Below, one piece after another: positions 19,483 through 29,294 of a DNA stretch of 64,000 nt. Position 1 is the first letter of the stretch. Every line of letters starts with the position of its first letter. Source of the DNA: Bdellovibrionota bacterium (lineage in GTDB: Bacteria; Bdellovibrionota; UBA1018; CAIPTA01; JAALKR01). The notes beneath the pieces were generated by a model. The model made no database searches. It worked only from the letters and a program-made list of their open reading frames with translations, and was not told where the DNA came from. Both the position numbers and the translations under genes were made by a program. Location: NCBI GenBank assembly GCA_965207455.1, contig CBDBMJ010000003.1, positions 160,001 to 224,000 of the forward strand, read 5' to 3'.

Positions 19483-19577
19483 ACTACCTGATACCGTGCC
19501 TTTTTTATCATAGTTTGACCCCTTTTGGCACTTGAGGCGATAATAAGTGTTGGACCGAAAAATACTGAGGCTTTATT

Positions 19578-20960
19578 GTGTATGAACTAAATAAATCTCC
19601 CACAAATACCGAAACGAAAGAAGGTGGTATGACTGCCCCAGAGGTTTCTATGAATCAAAAAGGAATAAATAAACAAGGCAATTTTTCCTTCCTATTTTCC
19701 CGTGAGCAGGAGTTTATTTTCGACTTTCTTTGCCAATGCTTACACTCTCCAGAACAAGCGTATTTTATACTAAGGGACGTTGCCGTTATTGCTAAAAAGC
19801 GTTTTGCCAAAGACTCCTACCAACGCTACGCTAGGATTTGGTTATTTCAAATTGCCCTAGAACAATTGGAGGCCCATGCACACACATCAGAAAAACTCCA
19901 TCACCACGGACCGCTAACGGAGTTAACCCTAAGAGAGCGTGCAATTTTAATACTATACGACCGTGTCCTATTACCTAAAAAAAATATAGCCACTATCTTG
20001 GGCATTAGCCTCGGTGGCGTGGATATGCTGTTACTGCGGGCACGGGAAAACCTAGTGCGGAACCTTTTTGGGGGGGAACTCTTTCGTTTTTCCCCTGGAG
20101 AGAAATCCAATTTCCTGCGCGATCGTATTTTACTCAATCAAGTACTGGATGGAGAATCTAAGAGAGATATTACCAACAACAGGGCTAAACAGTATTACCA
20201 AAGCTTACAAAAAGCTCAGAGCTATATGGTGGAACTACCCTCCTATTCCACTCCTCAAGTGCTGTCCATAACACAAGCAAACAAAGCTATTGCCGGCCCC
20301 TCTAGCTGGTTAAAAAGTTTCAAAAATTCTTCTCATCGACCAATTTCTTGGCAGTATAAATTAATGATAGAGGGCTTGGCTTTTTTCCTAGTGGGAGTTT
20401 GCACCATATTTATTCTTCCCATCCTGCTAGCAAAATTTAACGGAAACCACCAGGATGCAAAAAAAGTGGCACACGCGCGCTCCTTAGTGGTGGGTAAGGC
20501 AAAGGGTGCGGATAGTAAGCTAGCGCGAGGCATAGCATCGATTGCCTCACCAACTAGGGATAGGCTTATTGCAGAAGCAGAACAAGACGAATTTGAAAAT
20601 ATCGACTTCCCATCGGGTCACGACTATCGTCCTGGAACAGCCCCCATAGCCCCTTCACGAAGAAACGCTGCCGTCTACCGCTTGATTATAACCAGTGAGT
20701 CTCCTAAAAAGATGATCCCCACCATTCGATCTCTATTTGCCATAGCAAAGGTAAAAGAAAAATCTAAGTCGGGGGAGCTCTTACCCGGCGGAGCATTTTT
20801 CGACGGAATTACCACAGAGGCGCAATATCAATATATTTACAAAGAGCTACAAAAGCATGGCAAGACAAGTGTATACCTCAGTGGCAGGGGTTTGAGTTCC
20901 CGCACTAAGCGAAGGGCCAACCAACGTACTCGAGTGATCATTTGGGTCCAGCAAATATAG
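19578..20960 (+). CDS. ECF sigma-factor-like N-terminus fused to a TM segment and extracytoplasmic domain
   Basis: Region 2-like IWLFQIA; region 4-like LTLRERAILILYD...IATILGISLGGVDMLLLRARENL; TM LMIEGLAFFLVGVCTIFILPILL. Confidence 0.65.
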   Translation: MYELNKSPTNTETKEGGMTAPEVSMNQKGINKQGNFSFLFSREQEFIFDFLCQCLHSPEQAYFILRDVAVIAKKRFAKDSYQRYARIWLFQIALEQLEAHAHTSEKLHHHGPLTELTLRERAILILYDRVLLPKKNIATILGISLGGVDMLLLRARENLVRNLFGGELFRFSPGEKSNFLRDRILLNQVLDGESKRDITNNRAKQYYQSLQKAQSYMVELPSYSTPQVLSITQANKAIAGPSSWLKSFKNSSHRPISWQYKLMIEGLAFFLVGVCTIFILPILLAKFNGNHQDAKKVAHARSLVVGKAKGADSKLARGIASIASPTRDRLIAEAEQDEFENIDFPSGHDYRPGTAPIAPSRRNAAVYRLIITSESPKKMIPTIRSLFAIAKVKEKSKSGELLPGGAFFDGITTEAQYQYIYKELQKHGKTSVYLSGRGLSSRTKRRANQRTRVIIWVQQI

Positions 20961-20979
20961 GATTCTTTAAAAGACAAGG

Positions 20980-22041
20980 TCACGTTCCTGTTGGCCATAT
21001 CTTATCTAAGAATTCATCAAACTTTTTTATATCAGTTGTAAGGGTAACTTCCGTGCCTTTCTTTTTTCCCTCTTTAAATTCTTTTTCAATGCTTTTATTA
21101 ATCTCTTGTGCTATTTTTTTAGCACCTTTTTTGTCCGGCTGAAAAAAGGAAAGTAGATCCTCTTCTTTCGCTCCTTTATCTATGGAGGCTAAATTCCTCT
21201 TAGCTGGTTCCTGTAAGGAAGTTCTTAATCTCTTATGGTCCCTTACCACAGATTCAAAAAGTTCCTCGTCGATTTCCCGTTTACTACTATGAACGAGACT
21301 CCCCTTCTCATCCCTCTTCAGTGAAAATGCTTCATCGTAAATGTCCGTTGTTGTTCCTTTCTCATACCGGTCCCCTTTTAAATCAATAGATTTTGATTTA
21401 TAAAAATCCTCTCTCTTATACTGAGCGCCTACCTTTCCATCAGCGTATCTCGACATAAAGGCTCTATATTCCTTTACTAAATCTTCATCCAATTCCTTGA
21501 GCCTTTCCGTATCGTCGGTAAAAGAATCCTCGTCAAAACGAAAGTGTTGGCGTTTTTTATTTTCTTGCTTGGCCACATTTTGATTGTCTCCTGGCGGTGC
21601 TCCTGACCGTGCTGTATTTAATTTATCATTGTTCGCATCCTTAACGGAACGAAGAGTTTCCCTAGACGTATTAAGGCTAAGATGTATGTCTCGTGCTCGC
21701 CTTCCAAGCTTGTAGTGTAGAGATGCATTGAGAGCAGCCTTTTGATCCTCCTCCTTGCAATTCTCTGGATCTTTAATGCATTTTTCCACTCTCTTGCGAT
21801 GTTCAGTTTTACTCACTTCCTGAAAACTCTCTTTATGATTCTTAAAATAATGGATTAAAACTGAATTCAGTTCACGGGCAGCTTCAAAGGCACAGGCTTG
21901 CCCACAGTGAATGGATTGGGATATTTCCTTTGCTTCTTTTTCTTTGTCTCCGTCTTCGGCTTTGGCTCCCGTACTTTCAGAAAATGATTCCAGAGGCCAT
22001 AGGCAACAAAAAATAAGTAGCACAAAGACTCCTCTTTTCAT
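20980..22041 (-). CDS. Secreted hypothetical protein
   Basis: 353-aa ORF, signal peptide, highly charged. Confidence 0.6.
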   Translation of the reverse strand: MKRGVFVLLIFCCLWPLESFSESTGAKAEDGDKEKEAKEISQSIHCGQACAFEAARELNSVLIHYFKNHKESFQEVSKTEHRKRVEKCIKDPENCKEEDQKAALNASLHYKLGRRARDIHLSLNTSRETLRSVKDANNDKLNTARSGAPPGDNQNVAKQENKKRQHFRFDEDSFTDDTERLKELDEDLVKEYRAFMSRYADGKVGAQYKREDFYKSKSIDLKGDRYEKGTTTDIYDEAFSLKRDEKGSLVHSSKREIDEELFESVVRDHKRLRTSLQEPAKRNLASIDKGAKEEDLLSFFQPDKKGAKKIAQEINKSIEKEFKEGKKKGTEVTLTTDIKKFDEFLDKIWPTGT

Positions 22042-22688
22042 TTAATCACCCCAGCAATACGGCGCAGGATATTCTTCTTACCGGTTCCACCGATCACACC
22101 TCCGCTGACGATAAGGCGGAATGCCTCTTGCACCGTAATCTCTAAATCTTTCGTGTCACTCACAGGCACAATAAGAAAAAACCCGCTTGTGGGATTGGGT
22201 GTTGTGGGTACAAAGATGGAGTAGACATCCTCTTTCGGCTTATCTTTGTTGGAATAGGTGTTTGTTACAAAAGCTAAAGTATGGAGTCCTTTCCGGGGAT
22301 ACTCAATCAATATAACTTTTCGAAAGGCATCGTTTCGATTCATAAAAACGCCTTCCAAGAACTGACGAATGGCTGCGTACAAGGAGCGAAGAATGGGGAT
22401 TTTTCTTATGATTCTTTCTGGAATATTGATGAGTCGTTTGCCTAAAAAGTTTCGTGTTAGTAGTCCCACAAGAATTATTATTACTACACTAATGAACATA
22501 CCGAGGCCGGGTATATTGTGTCCGATAAGACTGATGGGGCGGATCTGCTGAGGTAATAAATCAAATAAAAAAGTGTCCGTGAAATTCAAAACCATAAAAA
22601 ATATATAAATGGTTGCAATAAAGGGAATAAGGGATAAAAAGCCCACCACTAGATTTTGAAATAAAAAACGTTTGAATTTTTCCCACAT
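22038..22688 (-). CDS. DUF502 membrane protein
   Basis: IEYPRKG and FVPTTPNPTSGF motifs. Confidence 0.9.
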   Translation of the reverse strand: MWEKFKRFLFQNLVVGFLSLIPFIATIYIFFMVLNFTDTFLFDLLPQQIRPISLIGHNIPGLGMFISVVIIILVGLLTRNFLGKRLINIPERIIRKIPILRSLYAAIRQFLEGVFMNRNDAFRKVILIEYPRKGLHTLAFVTNTYSNKDKPKEDVYSIFVPTTPNPTSGFFLIVPVSDTKDLEITVQEAFRLIVSGGVIGGTGKKNILRRIAGVIK

Positions 22689-22763
22689 AGTATTCAGTCC
22701 CGTATGAAAATTATAGCAGTTCTTGCTTTACATATATAGAGGATGATTGTAAGGGTATAGTGT

Positions 22764-23744
22764 ATGGAAATGTTCACGGAAATGGCTATTCGTTATGACG
22801 GTAAGGATCTATCTATTCTAGATCAACGTCAATTACCCCACAAAGAAGTTTGGTTACCTGTTAATGAACCACAGGATATGACCCTTGCCATAAAAAACTT
22901 AAGCGTTCGAGGTGCTCCCCTTATAGCAATCGCTGCTTGTCTTAACCTTGCCCTCTACCGAGAGCGAGGAGCTAGCCTTGCAGACACCCTAAGTGCTGCG
23001 AAGTTATTGCGAGAGGCACGCCCAACGGCTGTGAATCTTGCTACAGCCATAGACCGGATATTGGCCGAAGACCCAGACCTCTCCCCAAAAGCACTTATGA
23101 AAATAGCTGCTACAATTATGGTAACGGAAGCCCAAAGTTGCACTTCCATTGCCCAACATGGCTCCACATTAGTCCACGAGGGTGATTCCATCCTCACCCA
23201 TTGTAATACGGGAAGTTTAGCCACTGTCGGCGTGGGAACCGCTTTGGGAGTCATTCGCTTGGCGTGGGAGCAGGGAAAAAATATTCATGTGTATGTGGAC
23301 GAGACCCGTCCCCTTCTACAGGGAGCTCGCCTCACTGCCTGGGAATTGCAAAAGGCCCAGATTCCCCACACCCTTATTTGCGACAATATGGCAGCCGAGC
23401 TTATGAGAAAAGGCAAAATCCAGCGTGTAATCGTCGGTGCGGATCGAATTGCCCAAAACGGAGACTTTGCTAACAAAATTGGTACCTACTCCTTGGCAGT
23501 GCAAAGCCAGTACCATGGAATAGATTTTCACTGTGCGGCACCAAGCAGCACTTTGGACCGAAACTGTCCCTCGGCAGAAGGCATTCCCATTGAGGAGCGG
23601 AAGCCTGAGGAAGTACTCATGCAGTGGAGTCCTGCGTCCACCCCTGTTTGGAACCCCGCTTTTGACATCACCCCTGGAAAACTAGTCACCAGTTTTATCT
23701 TAGATTCTGGTATATATACAAAAGAACAAATTAAAGATTTTTAG
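22764..23744 (+). CDS. mtnA: Methylthioribose-1-phosphate isomerase
   Basis: LDQRQLP, VRGAPLI, RPTAVNL, THCNTG, ETRPLLQGARLTAWEL and NKIGTY. Confidence 0.95.
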   Translation: MEMFTEMAIRYDGKDLSILDQRQLPHKEVWLPVNEPQDMTLAIKNLSVRGAPLIAIAACLNLALYRERGASLADTLSAAKLLREARPTAVNLATAIDRILAEDPDLSPKALMKIAATIMVTEAQSCTSIAQHGSTLVHEGDSILTHCNTGSLATVGVGTALGVIRLAWEQGKNIHVYVDETRPLLQGARLTAWELQKAQIPHTLICDNMAAELMRKGKIQRVIVGADRIAQNGDFANKIGTYSLAVQSQYHGIDFHCAAPSSTLDRNCPSAEGIPIEERKPEEVLMQWSPASTPVWNPAFDITPGKLVTSFILDSGIYTKEQIKDF

Positions 23745-23759
23745 AAAGGAGTACATATT

Positions 23760-24614
23760 ATGTGGGCAATTATCGGTGGATCGGGTTTTGAGGCTTTTGA
23801 GGCTTTTGAAAAAGTAGATGTCCTGGAAAGGACTACACCCTTTGGAGAGGCTTCCTCTGGGCTACAAAAAATACGACTAAAAACAGGCACAGGTCATGAG
23901 GAATGTTTATTCCTGCCTCGCCACGGGAGTCGCCATGAACTACTCCCTTCTGAAGTAAATTTTCGGGCCAATCTATTCGCCTTAAAAAACCATGGTGCCA
24001 CTCGAATACTGGCTTTTTCTGCCGTCGGCAGTCTCCAGGAAGAGCTAGCACCGGGAGATTTAGTGATTCCCCACCAATACGTGGATCGCACCAAATCCCT
24101 TAGGAAGGCCACCTTTTGCGGACAGGGTGTGGTGGGACACGTCTCCCTAGCTCGCCCCATTTGGGAGGAAGCCATGGAGAGTCTGTTAGGTATGAAAGGT
24201 AACTTTAATTTTAAAGTGCATGGGAAAAAAACATACGTTTGTGTGGAGGGACCCTATTTTTCCACAAAAGCCGAGTCCCATAGCTACCGGGATTTAGGAG
24301 CGGATATTATCGGTATGACGGCTTTCCCAGAGTACGCCTTAGCTCGAGAGGCTGGCCTTAGCTACCTACCCTGTTGTTTTGTGACAGACTACGATTGCTG
24401 GAACGAGGACAAACCCCACGTCACTCTTGAGACCGTGCTAGAGGTAATGAAAAACAATAATGCCAAAGCCTTTCAAACACTCATAAAAATAGTAGAGTCA
24501 AATTTTCCTGAATCCGAGGGCTGTCGCACTGGAGGACTGCAAACAGGACTCATGAATCCCCCAGAAAGTTTAAACGACGAGCAAAGGAAATGGGTGGGCG
24601 TTTTACGACGCTAG
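23760..24614 (+). CDS. mtnP: Methylthioadenosine phosphorylase
   Basis: IIGGSG, TPFG, RHG, EGPYFSTKAES, IGMT and VTDYDCW; adjacent to mtnA. Confidence 0.92.
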   Translation: MWAIIGGSGFEAFEAFEKVDVLERTTPFGEASSGLQKIRLKTGTGHEECLFLPRHGSRHELLPSEVNFRANLFALKNHGATRILAFSAVGSLQEELAPGDLVIPHQYVDRTKSLRKATFCGQGVVGHVSLARPIWEEAMESLLGMKGNFNFKVHGKKTYVCVEGPYFSTKAESHSYRDLGADIIGMTAFPEYALAREAGLSYLPCCFVTDYDCWNEDKPHVTLETVLEVMKNNNAKAFQTLIKIVESNFPESEGCRTGGLQTGLMNPPESLNDEQRKWVGVLRR

Positions 24615-24623
24615 CATTTCATC

Positions 24624-25337
24624 ATGTACTCCGTAATAAACGAAGAGCTAATGCGAATGGGTTCCCTTTGGGCAGAAGTTCTCTTTAAAATAGGCATGGC
24701 CCTAATCTGTGGCTCCATCATTGGCGGAGAAAGGGAGAAAAAAAGCAAACCAGCTGGCCTACGCACCAACATACTTATTTGTCTGGGCTCCACAATGTTT
24801 ACTATGTTGTCCTTAATTACAGCAGAGTCTGTGGCCATACAAGGCGGCTGGGGGGCAGACCCCGGGCGTATTGCTGCTCAAATCGTTACAGGTATTGGTT
24901 TTCTCGGTGGTGGTATGATTATCCAATCCCGGGGTTCCATATCCGGACTCACCAGTGCTGCCACAATTTGGGTTGTCGCTGCCATTGGCGTTTGCATTGG
25001 CTTGGGCTATACTATATTGGCCTTTATTTGTACTCTGGTCGTTTTTTTCACCCTCTACTCCCTTGGCCATGTGGATCGAAGAGTGTTTGGAAAAACCAGA
25101 CATCACCTCTGTGAGATCTTTATTGATATTGATCAAGACAAGGCACGCACAGAGGTAGTGAAAATTTTCTCTTATATGGACATTGAAATTGAAGAGTTTG
25201 AGGTGAACGAAAAGGGCACTCAGTGCATAGTGAAAGTAGCATACATGTGCCCAGATCAAATGCACCTGCGTATACAGGCAGGTATTTGGTCGGTATTGGG
25301 CGTACAGCGAGTAGAGACAAAAAATATTTTATGGTAG
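24624..25337 (+). CDS. MgtC/SapB family membrane protein
   Basis: IGGERE, PAGLRT, DPGRIAAQIVTGIGFLG and GLTSAATIW. Confidence 0.92.
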   Translation: MYSVINEELMRMGSLWAEVLFKIGMALICGSIIGGEREKKSKPAGLRTNILICLGSTMFTMLSLITAESVAIQGGWGADPGRIAAQIVTGIGFLGGGMIIQSRGSISGLTSAATIWVVAAIGVCIGLGYTILAFICTLVVFFTLYSLGHVDRRVFGKTRHHLCEIFIDIDQDKARTEVVKIFSYMDIEIEEFEVNEKGTQCIVKVAYMCPDQMHLRIQAGIWSVLGVQRVETKNILW

Positions 25338-25604
25338 TACTAGGTTCCGAAATTCTTTACCCGGTCGAAATTTAGGAAGCACAGTAGCTGGCACTTCCAT
25401 CGTCTCACCTGTTTGCGGGTTTCGTCCCCTACGCGATTTCCTGTGAGAGGTGGTAAATGTACCAAAGCCAACCAAAGTTACATCATCCTTACTTTTTACC
25501 TTTTGCTTGATAGTGGTCAGAATATTATTGAGTACCTCTTCCACATCTCCTTTCGTCAATCGGGTCTGGTTGGAGACCGCTTCTACTAGTTGTGCTTTAT
25601 TCAT
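25329..25604 (-). CDS. hup: HU-family DNA-binding protein
   Basis: MNKAQLV, VGFGTF, GRNPQTGE and PKFRPGK. Confidence 0.92.
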   Translation of the reverse strand: MNKAQLVEAVSNQTRLTKGDVEEVLNNILTTIKQKVKSKDDVTLVGFGTFTTSHRKSRRGRNPQTGETMEVPATVLPKFRPGKEFRNLVLP

Positions 25605-25637
25605 AGTTTTTTCTCCCTGTTTATGTGTTGCGATATA

Positions 25638-25709
25638 GTAATAGTAGGGTATACGAGAACTGTCAATATTTTTCTTAATCCTTGTCTCTAACTTGGGGAG
25701 TGATACAAT
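25638..25709. promoter_or_regulatory. Back-to-back sigma70-like promoters for hup and ihfB
   Basis: Minus strand TTGACA-N17-TATTAC (25666-25638); plus strand TTGTCT-N16-TACAAT with TGn extension (25682-25709). Confidence 0.5.
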
Positions 25710-25742
25710 ATAAGTACAGGTTTATAGAGGGGATTTTAGAAT

Positions 25743-26024
25743 ATGACAAAAGCAGACCTTATTTCGGTCGTGGCAGAAAAAGGCGAACTTCATTACAAGC
25801 AATCCGAGGTGGTAGTGAATTTAATTTTCGACATGATGGTTAAGGCCCTAGAGGAGAACAGCCGCATTGAGATTCGAGGTTTTGGCTCCTTTGTGAATCG
25901 AGAGTATAGTTCCTACAAAGGAAGAAACCCTAAAACAGGCGAAATAGTTCATGTTTCTGCTAAACGTGCACCCTTTTTTAAAGTTGGCAAAGAGCTCAAA
26001 GAGCGAATCAACAGCCCCAAATAG
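25743..26024 (+). CDS. ihfB: Integration host factor beta subunit
   Basis: RIEIRGFGSF, GRNPKTGE and PFFKVGKELKERIN. Confidence 0.85.
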   Translation: MTKADLISVVAEKGELHYKQSEVVVNLIFDMMVKALEENSRIEIRGFGSFVNREYSSYKGRNPKTGEIVHVSAKRAPFFKVGKELKERINSPK

Positions 26025-26097
26025 CCAGCCGCAAAAAAACAACCAGCCCATAAACAAAAACGGACACTGTTTTAAGCCAAATACTTACATTAGGGTT

Positions 26098-27456
26098 CTA
26101 AAAGTTTATGCTCCACCTTATGCGGATTACCTTATGTCGAGAATACGCCCGTGCCGGATCAGTAGCCCCATGAAATTTTCTGTCCTCTATTTCCCTTTCA
26201 AGCGCCACTTCCGATCTCTTTCCAACAGGCAGTAATACTCCATAAGTTAATAACCGCTCATCCATATTGTTTGCCTTCCAATAGTCAAACTTTAAAAAAA
26301 GCTCAAGTGGATATGCTGTAACCAATGAAGCATGAACACCGAATACCTTAGCCACGTCTGATTTTACCTCTGATTCCCCTAGCCTCCACTGTCTATATTG
26401 AGGACCCAAATAAGGGGTGAGATCTATACCGCTATTAAAGACATCCGTAAAAGTTTTCTGCAAAAGGACATGAATAGATCGGTGATTATAATGATCCATG
26501 CCTTTTTCATCATCACCTTCCTGATAAATCCCAGCAGCAGTTACTACAGCCCAGCCAGCCAGAACATCTTTAGTCACTACCCCAAAGTTTCCAGTGAGTT
26601 TTCTATAGCCTGGATCTTTATCACCCTGCTTAGACTTAGTCGTGTAATAGGTCACTTCCAAAAACAGCTTATTTTTATCAGTAATATTACAATTTACCGA
26701 ACCACGTATTCTATATACACTTTGTTCAACGGTAGCACCAACCCTAGCTCTAAGATTTATGGAGGCATCTACCTTCCCGGTCAGATCAAATTCATTGCAT
26801 TGCCCTCCCCTGGAATCAACACCTGCTACTGTTTCCTCAACTTTTGCATCTGCTTCTGAACGTTCAAATTCAAATTCAGTTACTCTCAGGTAACCTAAAG
26901 CTGCAATGGCTCCAGACTCTGGATACGAGGACATCTCTTCCTCCATCTTCTTTGCTAGCACTATGGTTCCATTATTAGCCCCCTTGGCCTGCATAGAAGC
27001 TCCCGATGCTAACAAAAGCTGCACCATGGGTTCACACATTGAATCCAAACTTTTATATATTGCTGTTTCATCCTCACTATCCTGAAGATCCACAAGGTCA
27101 CGCCTCTTAGATAGGTATTCAGCAAAGGCCTTGAGAGCCCTCTCGTTCACCTTACCGTTAGAATAAAAGTTGTACTTTGGAGACTGCCTGCTAGCCATTT
27201 GGCTAACTGCCGCTACGTCACAACTTTCTGCGGATTCCATAAGAAGGTTTTTCCTTTTCATTGGAGTATAGCCAGATGTGGGGGCATAATAAGCATTAGC
27301 ACTCGCCTTTATTCCAAAAAGCTTCAGATCTAAGGACGAGAGCTTCTTTTCTTCTGCCATCGATACGGTAGAGACTAGGCTAGAGCAGAGAACGACAAAT
27401 AAAGATTGTAAGCTCCATTTGTATATTGTTGTTTGTTGTTGTTTTGTCATATTCAT
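26098..27456 (-). CDS. Secreted hypothetical protein: ankyrin-like segment plus probable C-terminal beta-barrel
   Basis: Signal peptide; MVQLLLASGASMQAK; alternating beta-strands; ends IRWSINF. Confidence 0.55.
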   Translation of the reverse strand: MNMTKQQQTTIYKWSLQSLFVVLCSSLVSTVSMAEEKKLSSLDLKLFGIKASANAYYAPTSGYTPMKRKNLLMESAESCDVAAVSQMASRQSPKYNFYSNGKVNERALKAFAEYLSKRRDLVDLQDSEDETAIYKSLDSMCEPMVQLLLASGASMQAKGANNGTIVLAKKMEEEMSSYPESGAIAALGYLRVTEFEFERSEADAKVEETVAGVDSRGGQCNEFDLTGKVDASINLRARVGATVEQSVYRIRGSVNCNITDKNKLFLEVTYYTTKSKQGDKDPGYRKLTGNFGVVTKDVLAGWAVVTAAGIYQEGDDEKGMDHYNHRSIHVLLQKTFTDVFNSGIDLTPYLGPQYRQWRLGESEVKSDVAKVFGVHASLVTAYPLELFLKFDYWKANNMDERLLTYGVLLPVGKRSEVALEREIEDRKFHGATDPARAYSRHKVIRIRWSINF

Positions 27457-27585
27457 ATTTTATTTTTTATATTAAGCATCCTAATGCAGCGTACTATAGC
27501 GGCAATAATGCATAATGTCAATTCTTTTAGCAAAGAGTTTAATAAAAAAAAGTACCAAGGAAACAACTGTAAGAACAGTGCATTA

Positions 27586-27612
27586 GAGCCGGGTTCTGTT
27601 AGAACCCAGCTC
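27586..27612. terminator. Hairpin downstream of the 27658-29058 gene
   Basis: GAGCCGGGTTCT-GTT-AGAACCCAGCTC; no clear U-tract. Confidence 0.45.
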
Positions 27613-27657
27613 CGGGAAGAATAAAAACGGGCATTATCAGACTAAAAAAGTTGCCTA

Positions 27658-29058
27658 TTAATGCGTGCCGTGGGTGTGCTCAGGACTCGAATGAATTTCA
27701 AACGAATCATATAGTGGCACGGTAAGGAGTTGGTTAATTTCTTCCCCTTCCAGTATAGCAAGGGTTCCCCACTGTTGTGTGGTTATACCTTGTTGTTCCA
27801 CAACCCCAGCATCTGTAAGTCTTAGGAGTTGTCCCTTCCATTTAGCAAAGTTCCGCACACCACTGGGCCAAAGCATATTTGTTTTGGTGATTTTATCTGT
27901 AAGGGCGTGGAACTTATGGACCTCTCCTGAGTTTGTGAGAACAAATAGCCCTTGTTCTCCATTAGGAGCAACGGTAACAAGCCTTTCGGCTCCCCAGATA
28001 CTTCCAAGGGAACGCGACCATCTACCATCGGGAAAGCGATAGCTGAATAGTTCTCCGGATTCGTTGATTACAACAAGGAAGCGTACATGCCCCACATCGA
28101 ATTCTTCCACGTCTAGGGTATTGTCTATCTGTTTTTCGCTTATATGAAAAAGTTTATAGTAGGAGTAATCATCTCCTATGCTTGCTTCCCCCTGATCCTT
28201 AGAATACAGGTCTAGGGCTAGGGAGTTATGAATATTATCAACGGAGAAAAGGCTAGCTCCAAAAGATGTTCTTTTCAATGTCCTTCCCTGGGCTATAGGA
28301 CCCAGTCTTTGAAGGGAATTTTCTCCATCCAGCAATATTGGTTGGGAGCTATTTTCAGGAAGCATTAAAAGAGCTTCTCTTTGAGAAACGGGGGTATTAT
28401 TAAATACAAAGTTAGAGCGACCCAAAGCCATTAAGCGAGCCATACTTTTATAAACGGGATGAAAATTTTCTCCTCGCAAAACAACCATGGCATAGTACTC
28501 CATTTCTACAGCATGGGATCCACCATACTCTATGCTCCGATCGCAACCGGATTGTCGGCTTCTCGAGTACGGTCCTTTCGTACAAGCAATATGGCGGTAA
28601 CCAGCGGTGTGACGGGCTTCATGAATAAATACACCCACACGCCCTAGGGAAGAAAGTGCGGCCCAGCCATTTTGCATCGTAAAGTAGCCGAAGGAATTAT
28701 AGGCTGTGGCGTGGGGAATATCGTGACCACGGCGTACTCCTCTTGTCATTCTAGTGGACCAATTATAATAATTATCCGAAGACACAAAGCCATTTGTAAA
28801 AACATTTTCCTCATTACCTGCAAAAGTTCCTTTTTCAATTAAGTAAAGGTCGTCGAAAAGTTTTTTTGTGTCTACCTCGGAATTACAATACTCCAGCCCT
28901 CCAAAACTTCTGGTATTAATATTAAAGTCCCGGACATAACGTCGAGCCACTTCAGCACGAATACAGGGGAAGTCGTCCCCTCGAAATGGCAGTGTTTCCA
29001 CTGCGATTACATTGTTTGTGAGTAAAAAAGCCCCTATTAGCGTCATCCATTGAATCAT
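27658..29058 (-). CDS. Secreted putative zinc metallopeptidase (HExxH) with beta-rich C-terminus
   Basis: Signal peptide; FIHEARHTAGYRH; downstream GSHAVEMEY. Confidence 0.6.
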   Translation of the reverse strand: MIQWMTLIGAFLLTNNVIAVETLPFRGDDFPCIRAEVARRYVRDFNINTRSFGGLEYCNSEVDTKKLFDDLYLIEKGTFAGNEENVFTNGFVSSDNYYNWSTRMTRGVRRGHDIPHATAYNSFGYFTMQNGWAALSSLGRVGVFIHEARHTAGYRHIACTKGPYSRSRQSGCDRSIEYGGSHAVEMEYYAMVVLRGENFHPVYKSMARLMALGRSNFVFNNTPVSQREALLMLPENSSQPILLDGENSLQRLGPIAQGRTLKRTSFGASLFSVDNIHNSLALDLYSKDQGEASIGDDYSYYKLFHISEKQIDNTLDVEEFDVGHVRFLVVINESGELFSYRFPDGRWSRSLGSIWGAERLVTVAPNGEQGLFVLTNSGEVHKFHALTDKITKTNMLWPSGVRNFAKWKGQLLRLTDAGVVEQQGITTQQWGTLAILEGEEINQLLTVPLYDSFEIHSSPEHTHGTH

Positions 29059-29294
29059 ATTATCCTCCTTAATTTATCTACACTTCTAGTTAATTATAGG
29101 AAAAAAGCTTTGGGAAAAGATACTAACAAAAGCTTACTGACTATATTGCGCCACACTGTAATGAGTCTTAGAGGGTTCCAGTACGTAATTCACCGACTAA
29201 AGTTATTTTCTACTGGAAATGTACCCCCCTTCTATTTTATTCTTTACTTAGGGATTTCATTTATTTAGAGATTTTAACTGAGGAATTTTATAGA

